DNA of 61,598 nucleotides, counting the filler, from Bipalium vagum (Eukaryota): the NCBI GenBank assembly GCA_037834085.1. It is 3 parts of 3 records of this genome, joined end to end, with 100 filler letters (N's around TTAATTAATTAA, not from the genome) between each part and the next. Parts side by side here need not be neighbours in the genome. Positions count along the whole stretch, not along the records: positions 34,656 to 61,598 come from JBBMKC010115495.1; 2 more parts are not named here. One strand, written 5' to 3'. Below, one piece after another: positions 35,894-49,471 of the stretch (the first letter of the stretch is position 1; each line of letters opens with the position of its first letter). The notes beneath the pieces are model-generated. The model saw only the letters and a program-made list of their open reading frames with translations, was not told the DNA's origin and did no database searches. The position numbers and the translations under genes were made by a program.

Positions 35894-37338
35894 TAAACAT
35901 GTAACGCTGATGGCCTATCCAGAATTTCCCATGTGGTGAGCTCTCAATGCCAAACGAAGCATGAACAAGTCAATATTGAGAAGTCAAAAACAAAATACAT
36001 CAGTGCCGTTCATAATATTACCCCTCAATTGGAAAGAATAAGAAGCGAACACAAGGCCGATAAACCGATATCTGGATTTATTCAATGACTTTTAGAAGGT
36101 AGGAGAGAATACCCTGAAGAATTGAAGAATAACAGTTTCTATCATTTGAGAGATAGCTTGGATGTTATCGAGGACGCTGCTCTGATCAAGAAGCGACGAA
36201 ATCTTATCATTATCCCAGAAAGATTTATTGATGAATTTGTGATGCAGATTCATGCCGACCTGTGTCATCTTGGTAGCAAGAAAATATTCAACTATCTGAA
36301 AGATCATTACTATTGGTCATCGATGTGGAATTCGTTAAAGGATGTTTAAAAACCAGTGATGTTTGTGCCTAAAGAAAAATTGATCAAACGCGCATTAAAG
36401 AAATCCTTCTCCTGAGAAAAAGCTCACATTTCTTGGAGCAGATCGTGGTAGATGTCCCTTTATGGAAAAAGCAGCGGCAGACTACAAATACATGGTTGTC
36501 ATTATTAACCGTTTTAGCAAACTAGTGCACGATGTCCCAACTTGATGATCAATCAATCTTCAAGGCAATAATAAACCCTTGGATCTATAGATTTGGCAAG
36601 CCGAAGAGTATTTTAACAGATCGAGGAAAGAATTTTGAGAGTTCTTGGATTCAACAAAAATGGAGAGACCTCAATATCGAGTGTGAATTCAATTCACCTT
36701 AACAGCACCAGTCCAACGGTCTAGTCGAGCGAGCAATCCGAACGATTCGAGATATGATAACCACAACTCTAAAGAGCGGTTGTCAAGAAAAAGATTGGCA
36801 CGAATTGCTTCCAAGAATTGAGTTTAGTATCAAAGCTACTCAGCAGAGCTCAACAAAGTTTTCTCCATTTGAGATTGTATTGGGCTACAAAGTCAATTCT
36901 GGCAGCCGTGACCAAACCTATTCAGATACAGAGATCATTAGTGAAGTTCGAAGAAACTTAGAAGTATTGCTAAAGAAAGAGTCGCAAAACAGAAAGAAGA
37001 ATGATTTCCAATATGAAGGTCCATACAAGATCACAAACTTCCTATCCTCACACCAAGTTGAGTTCACATCAAGGTCCAGGAGGAATCAAACTGAGGAGAA
37101 ATAAATGGCTGAAGAAATGGCATCAGTCTTAATTGAAGGAGGAGTTACGTGTTACGTAACTATGTTTTTTTTGAAAAAATACTTTTTATAACTATGAAGT
37201 TTTTTCAATGTGTAGTAAAGAAGAAATAACTATTGATTATAACTATTATTTAAAATCACGAAAAATTATGTTACAACTTAACATAATCTGTTTTTTGTTT
37301 TCATTGTTATTAATAGTAAAAAAAATAATTTTGTAACA
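35893..37338 (+). mobile_element. Gypsy/Ty3 LTR retrotransposon 3' remnant (end of RNase H, integrase, PPT, probable 3' LTR)
   Basis: NADGLSR (~35902), zinc finger IHADLCHLG...HYYW...DVCA, core ILTDRGKNFES and QSNGLVERAIRTI, TKFSPFEIVLG, YEGPYKI. PPT GAAGGAGGAG at ~37135-37144. TGTTAC (37150)...GTAACA (37338) as probable LTR ends. Confidence 0.9.
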
Positions 37339-37378
37339 TTATTGCAAACAAATTCATTCTATTAGAAAAGACATTTAT

Positions 37379-38542
37379 TTACAGAGATGAGACTCGAAAA
37401 TTTTCAGTGAAATAAACGCCACCAGGAATCTGTAAAAGAGGAGATTTGCAATTATCTGTTGTTTCTTCAGTCATCCTATTCTTAAGAGAGTTCAATGGAT
37501 TGGACTGGCTGTTAAAGAATTCAGTTCCTCTTCTAGAATTGAGATTATCAACAAAGTACTTGTGAGATGTATCAGATGGAATTTTTAGCCATGGTAAGAC
37601 CTTTTGAAATTCATGACGAAAATTTTTGTTCATCCATCCGTAGATAATCGGATTGTACATTGTTCCGCTCATTGCAATTAGATGAGTACATAAGAATATC
37701 GAATTAAAATGGCTGTGATCGGTTATGAAAATGTTCATTTTATGGAGCAGTTCGCTAGTTATCCAAAGTAAATTTAATGGTGTCCAACAAATAACGAAGA
37801 CGGTTACCATTGCAATCAACATCTGATTTGTTCGTCGCTTTCTCCTTATTTCCAATTCCTCTCTTTCTCGAGTTTTAACACCACACCCTATTCTATTAGT
37901 AAATCTAATCTTATGAACTCTGCCAACGGAGTAATAACACAATGATATAACCAAACATGGCAGTACAAACTGAAAGATAAAGTTCATCAGTGTATAGATT
38001 TCCCTTGACGCTGGACTTTGCCAGACCTCTTTACACTCTGTTTTATTTGTTACGTTATCAAATATATTCTTATTAAAAATTGAAAATGGTAAAGTGAAAA
38101 TAATGCCTAAAACCCAAATAAGACAAATTATGACAATACATATCTCCATTTTCATCCTGGGAACAAAAGGATGTACAATGACAATGTAGCGATCAATGGC
38201 AATTGCTGTGGATGTCAGAGTGGATACGTAAACCGCTAGACCCATGGTCATTGGGAACAGTTTGCAAAGAATAGCAGGAAATATCCATTCGTCAATATAA
38301 ACGGCAGTGGGAGTAAATGGAATTGCTACGAGCGTTGTCAGTATATCTGATAATGCAAGATTGGTGATAAAAATATTGGTTATTGTCTGCATGGATTTCT
38401 TTCGGGCAACCACGAAGACTACCAAATAATTCCCAATTGACGCCAGCAAAAATACAATCGCATATAGAGTGAAAAGAATAACTTTGAAGCTCGTCCATTT
38501 CCATGGAGGATCTAAGGTTGCACGGGTTGAAGTGGAATTCAT
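37379..38542 (-). CDS. Rhodopsin-class neuropeptide GPCR, NPY/NPF/PrRP-receptor-like (387 aa, intronless CDS)
   Basis: Seven hydrophobic segments with GN (TM1), NLALSD (TM2), AIAIDRY (TM3), W in TM4, LP...CY (TM5), FVICWTP (TM6), YNPIIY (TM7). MQTITNIFITNLA and RKRRTNQMLIAMV are typical of NPY/PrRP receptors. The ORF-track start at 38575 is TTG; the first ATG is 38542 (MNST, an N-glycosylation sequon). Confidence 0.93.
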   Translation of the reverse strand: MNSTSTRATLDPPWKWTSFKVILFTLYAIVFLLASIGNYLVVFVVARKKSMQTITNIFITNLALSDILTTLVAIPFTPTAVYIDEWIFPAILCKLFPMTMGLAVYVSTLTSTAIAIDRYIVIVHPFVPRMKMEICIVIICLIWVLGIIFTLPFSIFNKNIFDNVTNKTECKEVWQSPASREIYTLMNFIFQFVLPCLVISLCYYSVGRVHKIRFTNRIGCGVKTREREELEIRRKRRTNQMLIAMVTVFVICWTPLNLLWITSELLHKMNIFITDHSHFNSIFLCTHLIAMSGTMYNPIIYGWMNKNFRHEFQKVLPWLKIPSDTSHKYFVDNLNSRRGTEFFNSQSNPLNSLKNRMTEETTDNCKSPLLQIPGGVYFTENFRVSSL

Positions 38543-40117
38543 TAATGTTGAATCCTCGTCTTTTCTTGAAGACAATTAAAAAATATCACCAAAATCTCAT
38601 ATCTTATTGTTATTCATTGTTCTTCTGTATAAAAATGAATCTGTTATACTTAATTATAATTAATAAAGAGAATAAAACTCATTAGTTAATGCGTAACGTA
38701 ATTATTGAATAAAAATAAAGAATTATAATATAATAATATTTTTCTGAGAAAAATTATGACACGAATTAAAAAAAAGTACTGATACTGATTTATGGTAATA
38801 CATTAATGTATATAAAAAATTATATTATAAAGGGTATAATTTAAAGTCAGAGTTGTTTGAGTTATTAAAGAGAAAGATAATGAAAATAGAGAGAGTAATA
38901 GTTATAATAATAATATTTTCCAGGGTCGTATATTATTTTTATTAATGTCCTTCAGTCTTTCTGCCACTTTGGTTCTTTCAATCAACATTAATGGCTACAC
39001 AGTGGTATTTGAAGCAGCTGTTCTTGATTGATTAGAAGAAACATGGAAAATTGAAGGCCGAACTTTTCAGCATAAGAGAGCCAAATGGAAATAGATTGCA
39101 GATAATATCTTTACAACACCGAACATGTTTACCCACGTCATTTCTATATATTATCAAATGTACTAAAATGGAGACAAGTTAAGATCATACTACGTGAGAT
39201 TTCCTGTAAAAATATTAACTAATTTGATAATTAAATTTTTGGTTCAGCTTTAATTTGAATATAATGGATGGAGAAAATTGACCAAGTTATAAAAATATTT
39301 ATGAAGTTTTATAAAGGTCATTCAACAATAATTTCAGTTTGAAAATATTTTGTGATTTAAATATTAAACAGTATGAAAAAATATTATTTTGTTTTAAACA
39401 ATTAAATATATAAAAACTGATCAACAACGCTTTTTTAGAAAATAAATTAACATAATATAGAAGATGGATTAATAGATTTAATCAAGAATGAAAATTGTTT
39501 AAAAAACGTGAAAATTAAAAGAAAATTTAGTGACCCAGAGAAATTTGTCATTGATTTTTTTCATGAAAAATCGATGTTATAATCTTAGAGGTATATCTGT
39601 AGAAAGTAATTAGTGAAAAGATGAAAATTCTGTTTAAATTATTTTGTGACATTGAGTCCCAGAATCAATATTTAACAGATTATAAACAATGATTATCAAT
39701 TTTCATTGGACTTTGATAAAAGGGTTTTACATTAAATTTCTTCTAATATATTTTGTGGTTTTAAGAGAAAAAATTTGAAAGCAATTTTACCGTATGGAAA
39801 ACTGGTAATAAAAATGCTTTGACGTTTTGCTTGGTATTCAAACTTAACAAGTAATAATAAAATTCTAATCAAATAATACAGTGTTTATCAAAATGTTTAA
39901 TCTTCATTTCAAAATGTTTGATCCTTGTTTCAAAATGTATCAAAAGAAAATTCGCACACAATTACAACTTTTAGTATATAAATATCAACAAAAATACTAT
40001 AAGTATTATTCATTAAAAGCAATCATGAATAATTTTTTCCCTAAAAGGAACTATTTTCTTTTATTATTTTTGCCCGGAACGAGGGAATAAATTTCTGAAT
40101 AATAATAAATATTAAAA

Positions 40118-41452
40118 TGGCAAGAACTGATAGAAAAAGAGCTGCAGATTTTGTAAGCAAATATTTAACGGAAATTATTCATTGCAACAACTAATAAATA
40201 TCGATGTGTGGTTAGTTTGGGAAAAATGTCATAAAAAACTTTTATTGAAAAATCAGAGAAAACAGCACCATATCACAAGGCTTCAAAAGAAAGATTGCTG
40301 TTAGGAGGCAATGAAAATTGTGATTTAAAATTGAAGCCACTTTAATCTATACACATGAAAATCCGAGAGCATTAAAAAATCTTAATAAAGATAAATTTTG
40401 TGTTTATTGGAGAGCAAATAAAAATCCATGGATGACAGGTACAATATTGATTGGGTAAAAAAAGTCTAGTTAAAGAAAAATTTATTTTGAAAAGTACAAC
40501 ATTCGTTTCTCATTTTTAGTTCTACTTAATAATGCATCTGGATATTCAAAACTAGAAAAACTAAATTTTTTATATGATGGCATCACGTTTCAGTTTCTCT
40601 CTTCAAACACAACCTCCATCATACAACCTATAGATCAGAGTGTGATAGCAACATTTTAAAATTACTACCTAAAAAAATCATATCAATCGATTTTAAACCA
40701 AAATTTTGATGTTAAAGCATCTCAACAATTGTGGAAAAAATATTCAATCGTAAATGCAATTGATAATATAGTTGAGTCGTTGAATAATATTTCTGTAAAT
40801 TGCTTAAGAGGATCGTGGGAAAATATTTCGCCATCAATAAATATAGACACTTTAAATGAAAATGAATCCCATGTTATTATAAATCAAATGCAAGATCAAG
40901 CAAATAAAGATGGATTTATTGGTTTCGAAAGAGTTGGCATTTTAGAGATCTTAAACGATAAGGCAGAACTTACTGTTCCAGAATTACTAGACATTGTAGA
41001 ACAATCACACGCTTCTGATGCTGAAACAGGTGAAAAAAGGCTGAATAGTGCAAATAATAAAATGGAAAAAAACATGTTAGTGAAATATTAGATCTAATTC
41101 AGCGAATTGAGCATAAAATACAAGCTTCAGATCCTTCTTCGGACCGAGTTTTTAATGCAACAAATGATCTGAAGAACATAACGTATATATATAGTCAATT
41201 GTATGACCAACAAACAAAGCAAACAAAAATTGATTCATTTTTTAAAAAAATGTAAGCATGAACGGTCGTTGCTACTTTTTCGTTATTATTGATTATTTTA
41301 AGGGTTTTATCAAAATAAAATGTACTCACATTTTTCATTTTTTTTAAAGCATTAGAACCGATTTGTATTATTTTCTAATCTTTATTTGCGTAATTTTTGT
41401 TTGAGTAACATTTTTTTCGAATGTATCTCTTACGCAAATCGAAGTCCTCCTG
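40118..41452 (+). mobile_element. Tigger/pogo transposon remnant with right TIR
   Basis: KTFIEKSEKTAPYHKASKERLLLGGN, WRANKNPWMT, LLNNASGY, FLSSNTTSIIQPIDQSVIATF, ORF 40729-41091. Ends CGAAGTCCTCCTG|TA. Confidence 0.88.
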
Positions 41453-43109
41453 TAACTATAAATAAAAGCAGCGGTTAAAGTAAATTAATTGTTTTTATGT
41501 ACTTTTATCTCTCTCTGTTTCTGTTTGTAGTTAGTTATCAGATTTGTCTTTACTCACTTCAAAGTAAGAACATTATTCTTTACTTTAATTAAACGTTTTT
41601 AAGCTTGTATGAGTCTCTGTATGATTAGATTTTAAACAGATAAGGTTTTTAACTTTAACTTTTTAAAAAATATTATGAACCGTAGAATTGTAATCTTGAT
41701 TAAATTTTTTGGAGTCAGATTTATATTGTTAATGTCGATTAGAAAGGTAAACCCTCAAACCACCTGATATTATCAACTCACAAAGATAGAATTCATGTTG
41801 TTTCTGCTACTTAGTTAAAGGTGATGTCTGAATCTCAAGTAGACAAATTATTTTACATTCTGAAATAATTTTCTAATCAAGAAGAATAAATAATTATTGT
41901 AATTTAATATTTTCATTTTTATAATTTTTAAAAAAAATAACTTATTGATTTATTAAGACCTCCTAAGTCCACTAAATGATCATAAGTATACAGAACTAGA
42001 TTTTGTATTTCATAAATAAAATTATAAATAAAAATATGTAATAAATAAATAATATTATCATGCCAAAAATATTAAACAGTAATTATGATATTTTGGAGTT
42101 AAATTTTATAAACTGAACATATCGTTTTTTTGCTAGGAAGGATTAAAGATTAATTAGTATTATGCAATTAATCCAACAGTATTAGTAGTATTCAAGGTCC
42201 TATATTACGAAATTTTTTCATCTACATTAAATGTAAAATAAAATTTAAATCAATGAAAAATATCGACACATCTGGATTATTATTCATATATCTATAAAAA
42301 TAAATTTGATTATTTTGTAATTGTGCGGAGTTTGGTGAATTAAAACAAATATTTTATATTTTAAAACAAGTAATGTATTTTTAATTAACGTGAATAAATA
42401 ATTTTCCATTTTCTTTATCATAAAAACATTTTTTCTGATTAAAATATGAATGTCTATTATGAAACAAATTATTTAATTACAAATTAATTTTAAAAAAGAA
42501 AAATTACTATATTGTGTTATTAGTATTACTGTATAGATTATATTTATTAATTTATTATTGAGAAAAATTGATTCATTACTTTATTATTGGAAAGATAAAG
42601 ACGAAGAAAACAATAAATGAATTTAGTACAAAGTAATTATTGGGAATTCAGTACTAAAGATATTTCAATTTTATTAAGCAGTCAATTTTACATCCAGACA
42701 AACTGAGTTGTTTAGAATCAACAGTCTTAAATATTTATGTTTAATTTAAAATTAAAATAAGACTTCAAAGGAAGGAGATCATTGGTATATAAAATGTAGG
42801 TGATGATGTACTCCTAATAATCAAATGATCCAGTCTTCCAATACATGATTAATCTGCATCACAATATTATATATAAAGTTTAAAAAATTATTATTTTCAG
42901 TGTATTGTTAATCAAAGAGATAGAGATTATATACATCAAATAAAAGCCATTGTCAAGAAACGTATAAAAATGGTCTAAGGAAACTTTTTATTATTGTTAT
43001 CGAGTGTTATTATCTGACCATACTGGTATTGAAATGGATGAAAGTATCTTTTTGCAAATTAAAAAGAGTGGAAAGACAATAGTATCAAAATTGGATATGT
43101 TTATGAATT

Positions 43110-43800
43110 ATCGGTCATGTCATATAATGGGTCAAAATTTTTTTAATAAAAGAATATGTAAAACAGCCTATTTTTATTATAATATTTAACATAATTGTTT
43201 TTCGAAGTATTCACCGTCATAATCTATACATTTTGGATTCTGTCAAAGCAAACATTTTTTCCAATCCGAAGTCGGTGTGTCAAAAACTTATGATTTGAAT
43301 ACTTCTACAGTCTGTTCAAACATAAAAACCGTTGCCCACAATTTCTTTTGATGGTACCAAATGAGAAGTCATTTGATTCCAAATCGGATGGATGGATTAA
43401 TAATTTAACGTATTGAGTCCTCGAAAAATCGATTTTTATGGGTTGATATTGGAAGTGGCATTATCACGATTTTTTTCTCCATTCCTCCAGAACTTCAGGC
43501 AAGCAAACTGTGGTATACCAAATCAGAGTAACTGTGCAACTATCATCTAAAGGAATGATAGCACATGACCTGATTTGGAGACGAAACAGTAAAAAATTTT
43601 TTTGGGAGATGTTCCGGAATCGAACAATTTTCGTTGGTAATTTTTCTTCCTGAAACACCTAAACAATTGAATGCTGCTTTGTTTCTGGTTCATTTGAGTA
43701 TATCCATGACTCCCTGCTTACATTTATCGTCCATAGGTTTGGACCAATTAATGCATTATTGTTTTTGATCAATTATAAGGATATGCAGTATCCAAGAAGA
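43110..43800 (-). mobile_element. Mariner remnant
   Basis: ORF 43464-43658 VFQEEKLPTKIVR...TVTLIWYTTVCLPEVLEEWRK. Upstream SWIYSNEPETKQHS; a C-terminal remnant near 43200-43250. Confidence 0.8.
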
Positions 43801-44178
43801 ACATAGAACAGACATTTTATGCTTCGAGATCAAAGACGGATCTTTAAATGGACTTTGTAACAAAGTGACAATCTATGAAATCATTTCGGTCGAAATCCTG
43901 GGAATGTATTGATGATGGAGAATTGCAGGTTCCATCACCGCAAAGATGTTATTAAGTTGCTGACAGAACGAGGTATTGCTTACAGATTGCTCGCATCATC
44001 TACAATTTGCAAATACTGTATCATCATTTATTAGAACCATAATAGATCGGGACGATTGATTATTCAAGTACTAATGCATAACGATATAGATTAAAGTGAT
44101 TATTTTCGAAACATGAGACGGTTTATAGAAAAACCTTGGCGAGATAATAATTTATTTAGTGTACATTTCCATTTTTTA

Positions 44179-44273
44179 TCTGAATATTTTTCTATATATT
44201 TCTGAATATTTTTCTATTTATTTCTGAATAAGTTTCTATATATTTTGAATAATTTTCTATATATTTCTGCATA
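44179..44273. repeat. 22-bp minisatellite, ~4.3 copies
   Basis: Unit TCTGAATATTTTTCTATATATT at 44179, 44201, 44223, 44245 and partially at 44266. Confidence 0.9.
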
Positions 44274-45416
44274 ACCCTGTAAGTAATAAATGACTACAAC
44301 TAAAACCAAAGGTTTTTAACCTTTTGATTTTTAAAACATATTTTTACCACTTAAAATTCTTAATATTAATCTATAAATTTCTTATTTAAGTAAAAATATA
44401 CTACGGTTAAAGACTATTATTATTATTACTATTACTATTATTATGTTTATTAAATGTTTTATTATTACTTGTAAAATCTTATACTTTCAATTTTCTAAAA
44501 GTAATTTTATAATTTTATTCGCCAGGTTTCTAAAATATTTGTATAATATAAAATTATTTTCAGGTCTTCAGAAATTATCTTTGAACTGTCATTGTTAAGC
44601 GTTAAACTGATTTTTCGTATTTTAATATATTTTTTAATTTGGCTTCTGTAAACAATTTTTATATATATAATACATTTCCTTGTAATATCATAATAATTCA
44701 GAAAAATAAAATTTTGTAAAATTTTAATGAAAAAATTGAAAAATGAAATGATCAGTAATTTTAAGATAGCGAATTTTTTGTATATTCTAGGAAATATATA
44801 TTAAAAATATTTTGTTTTCTAAACTTTTATTTAGTGATAATAAAAGAATATTGAATTATAAATTTTTCTGCCGTGTAGATTTTCTGACGAAATTTTTCAT
44901 TATCATGAAACAAAAGTATTAATATTTAAACAAAAAAGAATTTTAGTTAATTCAAAAATTTTATGTGAAAAATTATTAAAATAAAATATAAAAATTTCAG
45001 TTTAAAATGAGTCTTGTTTTTAGCATACTAATATTAAGAAATTTTGCTAAAAATGTTAAATATGTTCCATATTTTATGAAACCTAAAATTATTGTTTACA
45101 CAAATTATTATTATTTTATTTATTTATTTTATTATTTTTTATTAATTATTATTGTTTTTGTTATTATTATTAGTAATAGTTAGTAGTAGTACTAGTACCT
45201 GGTCAGTATTAATAATAATAATGATAATTTTTATTCTTATTATAAATACTAACCAATTACTATATCAAAATAGAATATTTGTAATTAAAATATGTTTTAT
45301 TTGAATTTTTGAATATTTATGAAAAAATGAAAGCGATAAATTTATTAAATAATGTTGGTAAAATTTTATTAAATATACCTTAGGTTGTGACATAATTTTC
45401 GTAATTTTGAATAATA

Positions 45417-46020
45417 CGAGGGTGGGTTGAAAAGTTCGATGAATAAATATAAAAACAATAAAATCAAAAGATAAAGATAGAGAAATTTCTTCAGGTTTCT
45501 GAACAGAAAAAAATCTGACGAGGCCAGATCTGGCGAATAGGGAAACTAATTGAAAGTCCAACTTTTTAATTTTATCCATTGAAACTTTAAATATGTGAGC
45601 AGGCATATTATCATAGTAGAAAATATGTTTTTCTCAACAGACCTGGAGGTTTCTCACGAATATGCTGGAACAGTTTATCAAGTAAGTTTACATAATATAA
45701 CCAAGTTATCGTTTTATCTTTTTCAAGGAAATCCGTGAAAATAATACCTTTAGCATCTCAAAAACGGTAATTAGAATTATTCCTGTCGAGGAAACCGTTT
45801 TCAACTTCTTGGAAGCCGGTTCACCCTTTGCTGTCTATTGCATTGATTGAATTTTTGTTTTCGGCGTATAATAATGAAGCCTGGTTTCGTTCACAGTGAT
45901 AACTCGATTGAAGAAATCTGCATGATGCCCTATAGGCTGCAAGAACTGCTCCAATGTTGCCAAACGATGTTGTTTATGCTGTGTGGTTATTAAACGCGGT
46001 TATTAGACTCATCTTGCATC
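45417..46020 (-). mobile_element. Mariner remnant (irritans/Himar1-like) with one TIR
   Basis: TA|CGAGGGTGGGTTGAAAAGTTCG at 45417. Minus-strand TVNETRLHYYTPKTKIQSMQ*TAKGEPASKK and YSPDLASSDFFLFRNLKK. Confidence 0.85.
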
Positions 46021-46299
46021 CATCACAGATATTATAATTACTGGCTTTTTAAATGCATTAATAATAATAAATGTGGTCTGTTTTCATGTTTTTTTGCTTA
46101 ATTGCTATTTTTGTATTTATAAACAGTTGAGACATTAAAAATAACATTTTATAAAAAATATTTTTTTCAAATTCCAATGGGAACCATTAGATAAAAATTT
46201 CCAGGATGGTGGTCTGTATCTGTCATTTTGTATATAAATGTTTCTTTGAGATTTTTTATGTGCAACTTTTTCTCGTCCGTATCTACCTCATAAAAAGAG

Positions 46300-46560
46300 A
46301 ATTGAGTTTACGATCAATTGATCATCATTGACACGGAATAGCCGATATGTATGTGTAGCGTTTTTGAAAGTTTAATGTATCATTTTCCAATTTCTCGTAC
46401 CAATATTTTGCAGTAGTCTGGACCAAAAACTGTTTTAAAAATTTCTCAACTGTTTCTGCAAATTTTTGAACTTGATTAAAATAAAATAACAATAGATTCA
46501 AAAAATGATTTTTAAAATCAATATAATACTGAATTTCAAATTCATCAAATTAAAAAACGG
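46300..46560 (-). mobile_element. Mariner 5' fragment
   Basis: NHFLNLLLFYFNQVQKFAETVEK; same family as 35745-35893. Confidence 0.7.
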
Positions 46561-48330
46561 AGATGACATGTATAAGAATAATGATACTCTCTTCAATTAA
46601 ATAAAAGAGAGTAAAAGATCACGAAAAATTATTACAACCTTAATAATATTATAGTAAATAATAATATTTAATATATAATAGTTAATATAGTAAAATTGAT
46701 CTTAGTATTATTTTGTTCAATTTTTTCTTAAAATGTGGACTGTGAAATGATTGAATTCATAGACTTGTTATAATCATTGCTCGAGAATACATTTTATATA
46801 TTATTTACATAAAAGTCCTCTAAAATACGTTCTCCTTAGTTGGTATTATTAAGTTACTAGGGTTATTATAACTATTAGGAAATATGATAGTCATTTGTTT
46901 GAATGATTGTTCAAGACTACTTTAATTAGACTTTGATAAGAATAAATATTGTTGTTGTTGTTCTTATGAAACGAGAAGGCCGGATATATAAAATTCAATT
47001 TTGAATATTTTACAGCCATATGATTGGTTTTAAAAGAAAATAGCAGTTTCCATAGTGATGAAATTTTAATAATAAGAAAATGTTCCTATTTTCTTAAATA
47101 GTTAAATATGTAAATATAAAAATATTAAAAAAAATTTTAAAAAAAATTTTCACAGGTTTTTGTTAATACTCATCATAGTTTTCTAGGTTTAATGATAAAA
47201 ATAATTATATTTTAATAATTAATAATAATATATAATATAAAATTATATTTATAAGGTAGTTTGAAATTTTTTCTTTATTTCCATGAATATTTTCATTTCA
47301 TAATATATGGTATTAGAATATTCATTAAATGATAAATATATTTTAAAATTTTTTAAATAAATATTTGTTTCTTTCGATTTATAATTTCGCAAATATTTTA
47401 ATAATTATAGACATAAATTCTTAGAGATCTTTTCTTTAAATTCTTTTAAATTACTTTTTTCCGAATTAAATTTAAAATTTTTAAATTGGTTTTATATAAA
47501 TTTTACATTAATTTAAGAAAACATTAATGATCCATTGATTTCAGTTTTCTCAATTTTTTGTTAATTAATCATGTTTTTCCGATTAAAAATGAATTTTGAT
47601 TTGCGTATTCTTTCTCTTAGCAGCTTATTTCATGATATTTTAAATTGTCCTCATTTTTTAACTTTAAATAATTTGAGTTCTGAATGATTTTGTATACATT
47701 GAGCCAACATCCATAACTTACAATTTTGTAAAACAAATAGTTTGCATTAGTTTTAGAGTCAGTCCAAGAACTTTTAGAAAGTTTTTTACGATGCCATATT
47801 ATTTACACATGCTAAATTCACAAAAGCTTATTTTATACATACAATTTTTTAGAATTTTATTTCGCCTCCAACAAACTTAACAATTTATAGACACCCAAAT
47901 TTGACAAACTTCATTCCACTATAGAATAAAAAATATATATATTGGCTTAATAATAATCTGTCCAAAAAAACATAAATAAACCTCCAAAGAATAACCATCG
48001 ACTTGGAAGAAATTATTAACTCACTTGTTATAATTGATATAAAAAATTTTAATGATCTTTACTTGGATAATTTGTAATAAAAAGTTGACATGTTCAATTA
48101 TTTTGAAGAAATAAATATTTTTATTCAAAACAACCTGAGGTATCCAGTAAACTAACGTGATACTTTATTAAAATTCATCAATATTTATATTAATAATACG
48201 AAAGAAAATAGAGCAGTTTGGAACATTGTTTTTAATTTATTGCTTAAAATAAAGTTTGGTAATGTTTATCTTTAATGGAATTATTAAATTTCATGACAGT
48301 TATATAATCGAAGTTTTTGGTTTTAAATTA

Positions 48331-49471
48331 TTAGGTGTGAGAGTTAGTTTTCATCTTTTTGTGATAGATTAATTTACAATAAAATTTTAGTAATTCTCAA
48401 TGAAAATAAACCTCAAAGGTAATATTTGAGTGTATCTGTAAAAATGTAAAATTTGATTAAATTAGTTATTATTTTTGGCAATTATGCAAATTTAAATACC
48501 GAGAGTAGATCAGTATTGTATTGTTTCAATTTAAGGTAATCAGCTGAAGAAACCAATAGATTACTATTAAACACGGTAACGGTGAGCATAGGTTATGAAG
48601 AGCATGATTTCGTTTATTTAAGAGTAGTGACTATAACGTAAAACACAAAGAACGCGCAGCTCATTCAAAGAAGTTTGCAAAAGAAATCTTACAAGCACTA
48701 TTCAAGAAGATTCCTGTGAATAAAATGGCATGAACATTAAATGCAGACAGTTATATTGTTGATAAACTTTTGCATATAGTGAGAATGATACAAAGCAAAG
48801 AAAAAGTTACCACTGAAATGCAGCAAGAAGACCGTAAAACTGTTTTCAAAATTTTTCATACAATGCACATCATTTTCGCTTCGAAATATAACTGGAGATG
48901 AAAAAAGGTTTGGTTTGAGAATCCTTAGCGAAAGAACAATTAATACTGACAGTATGAACATGGATCAAAAGATATAATTATAACTTTGTATCTGGGGATT
49001 AAACGGAATTTTACATTATGATCTGCTAAAACCATCAAAAATTGTAACTATTGAATGGTACCAACTCAATTTAACTCGAGAAATAAGTTACAAGAGACCA
49101 AAATATGCACAAAGATTTGATAACATTATTTTAGCGCAAGGCCATATTTTGCAAAATAATTAAAAGAAACTTTGAAAACACTTGATTGGGAAATCCTACT
49201 CTAGTCGCCGCATTTACCAGACATTGGACCATCTGAGTTCCTCTTGTTTCTCTCCATACACTATTCTTGTACTCAGCATATGCTTAAATCATATGAAGAC
49301 ATTAGATCGATCAGTGGATTCTTACAAAAGTTCAAGATTTCTCTTACCACGGAATCATTTCATTGTATAGAAGATTGTGATAGCTTCAATGGAAATTACT
49401 TTGAGTGAAATAAATGTTTCATTACTAGTTAACTTTTTTAAACACCGATGAAAATTAATTTCCACACGTTA
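48331..49471 (+). mobile_element. Decayed mariner with both TIRs (mauritiana-like)
   Basis: Left TA|TTAGGTGTGAGAGTTAGTTTTCATC matches the reverse complement of the right end TA|TAACGTGTGGAAATTAATTTTCATC. Remnants FNLR*SAEETNRLL, IITGDEKRF, LDWEILL*SPHLPDIGPSEFLLF. Confidence 0.88.

Noticed and set aside
43800-44150. Possible Penelope GIY-YIG remnant (IKDGSLNGLCNKVTIYEI)
   Set aside because: Similarity too weak and no YIG motif; left unclassified.
44179-44273. Regular repeats as a possible CRISPR-like array
   Set aside because: Head-to-tail units without unique spacers in a eukaryotic context; a simple minisatellite.
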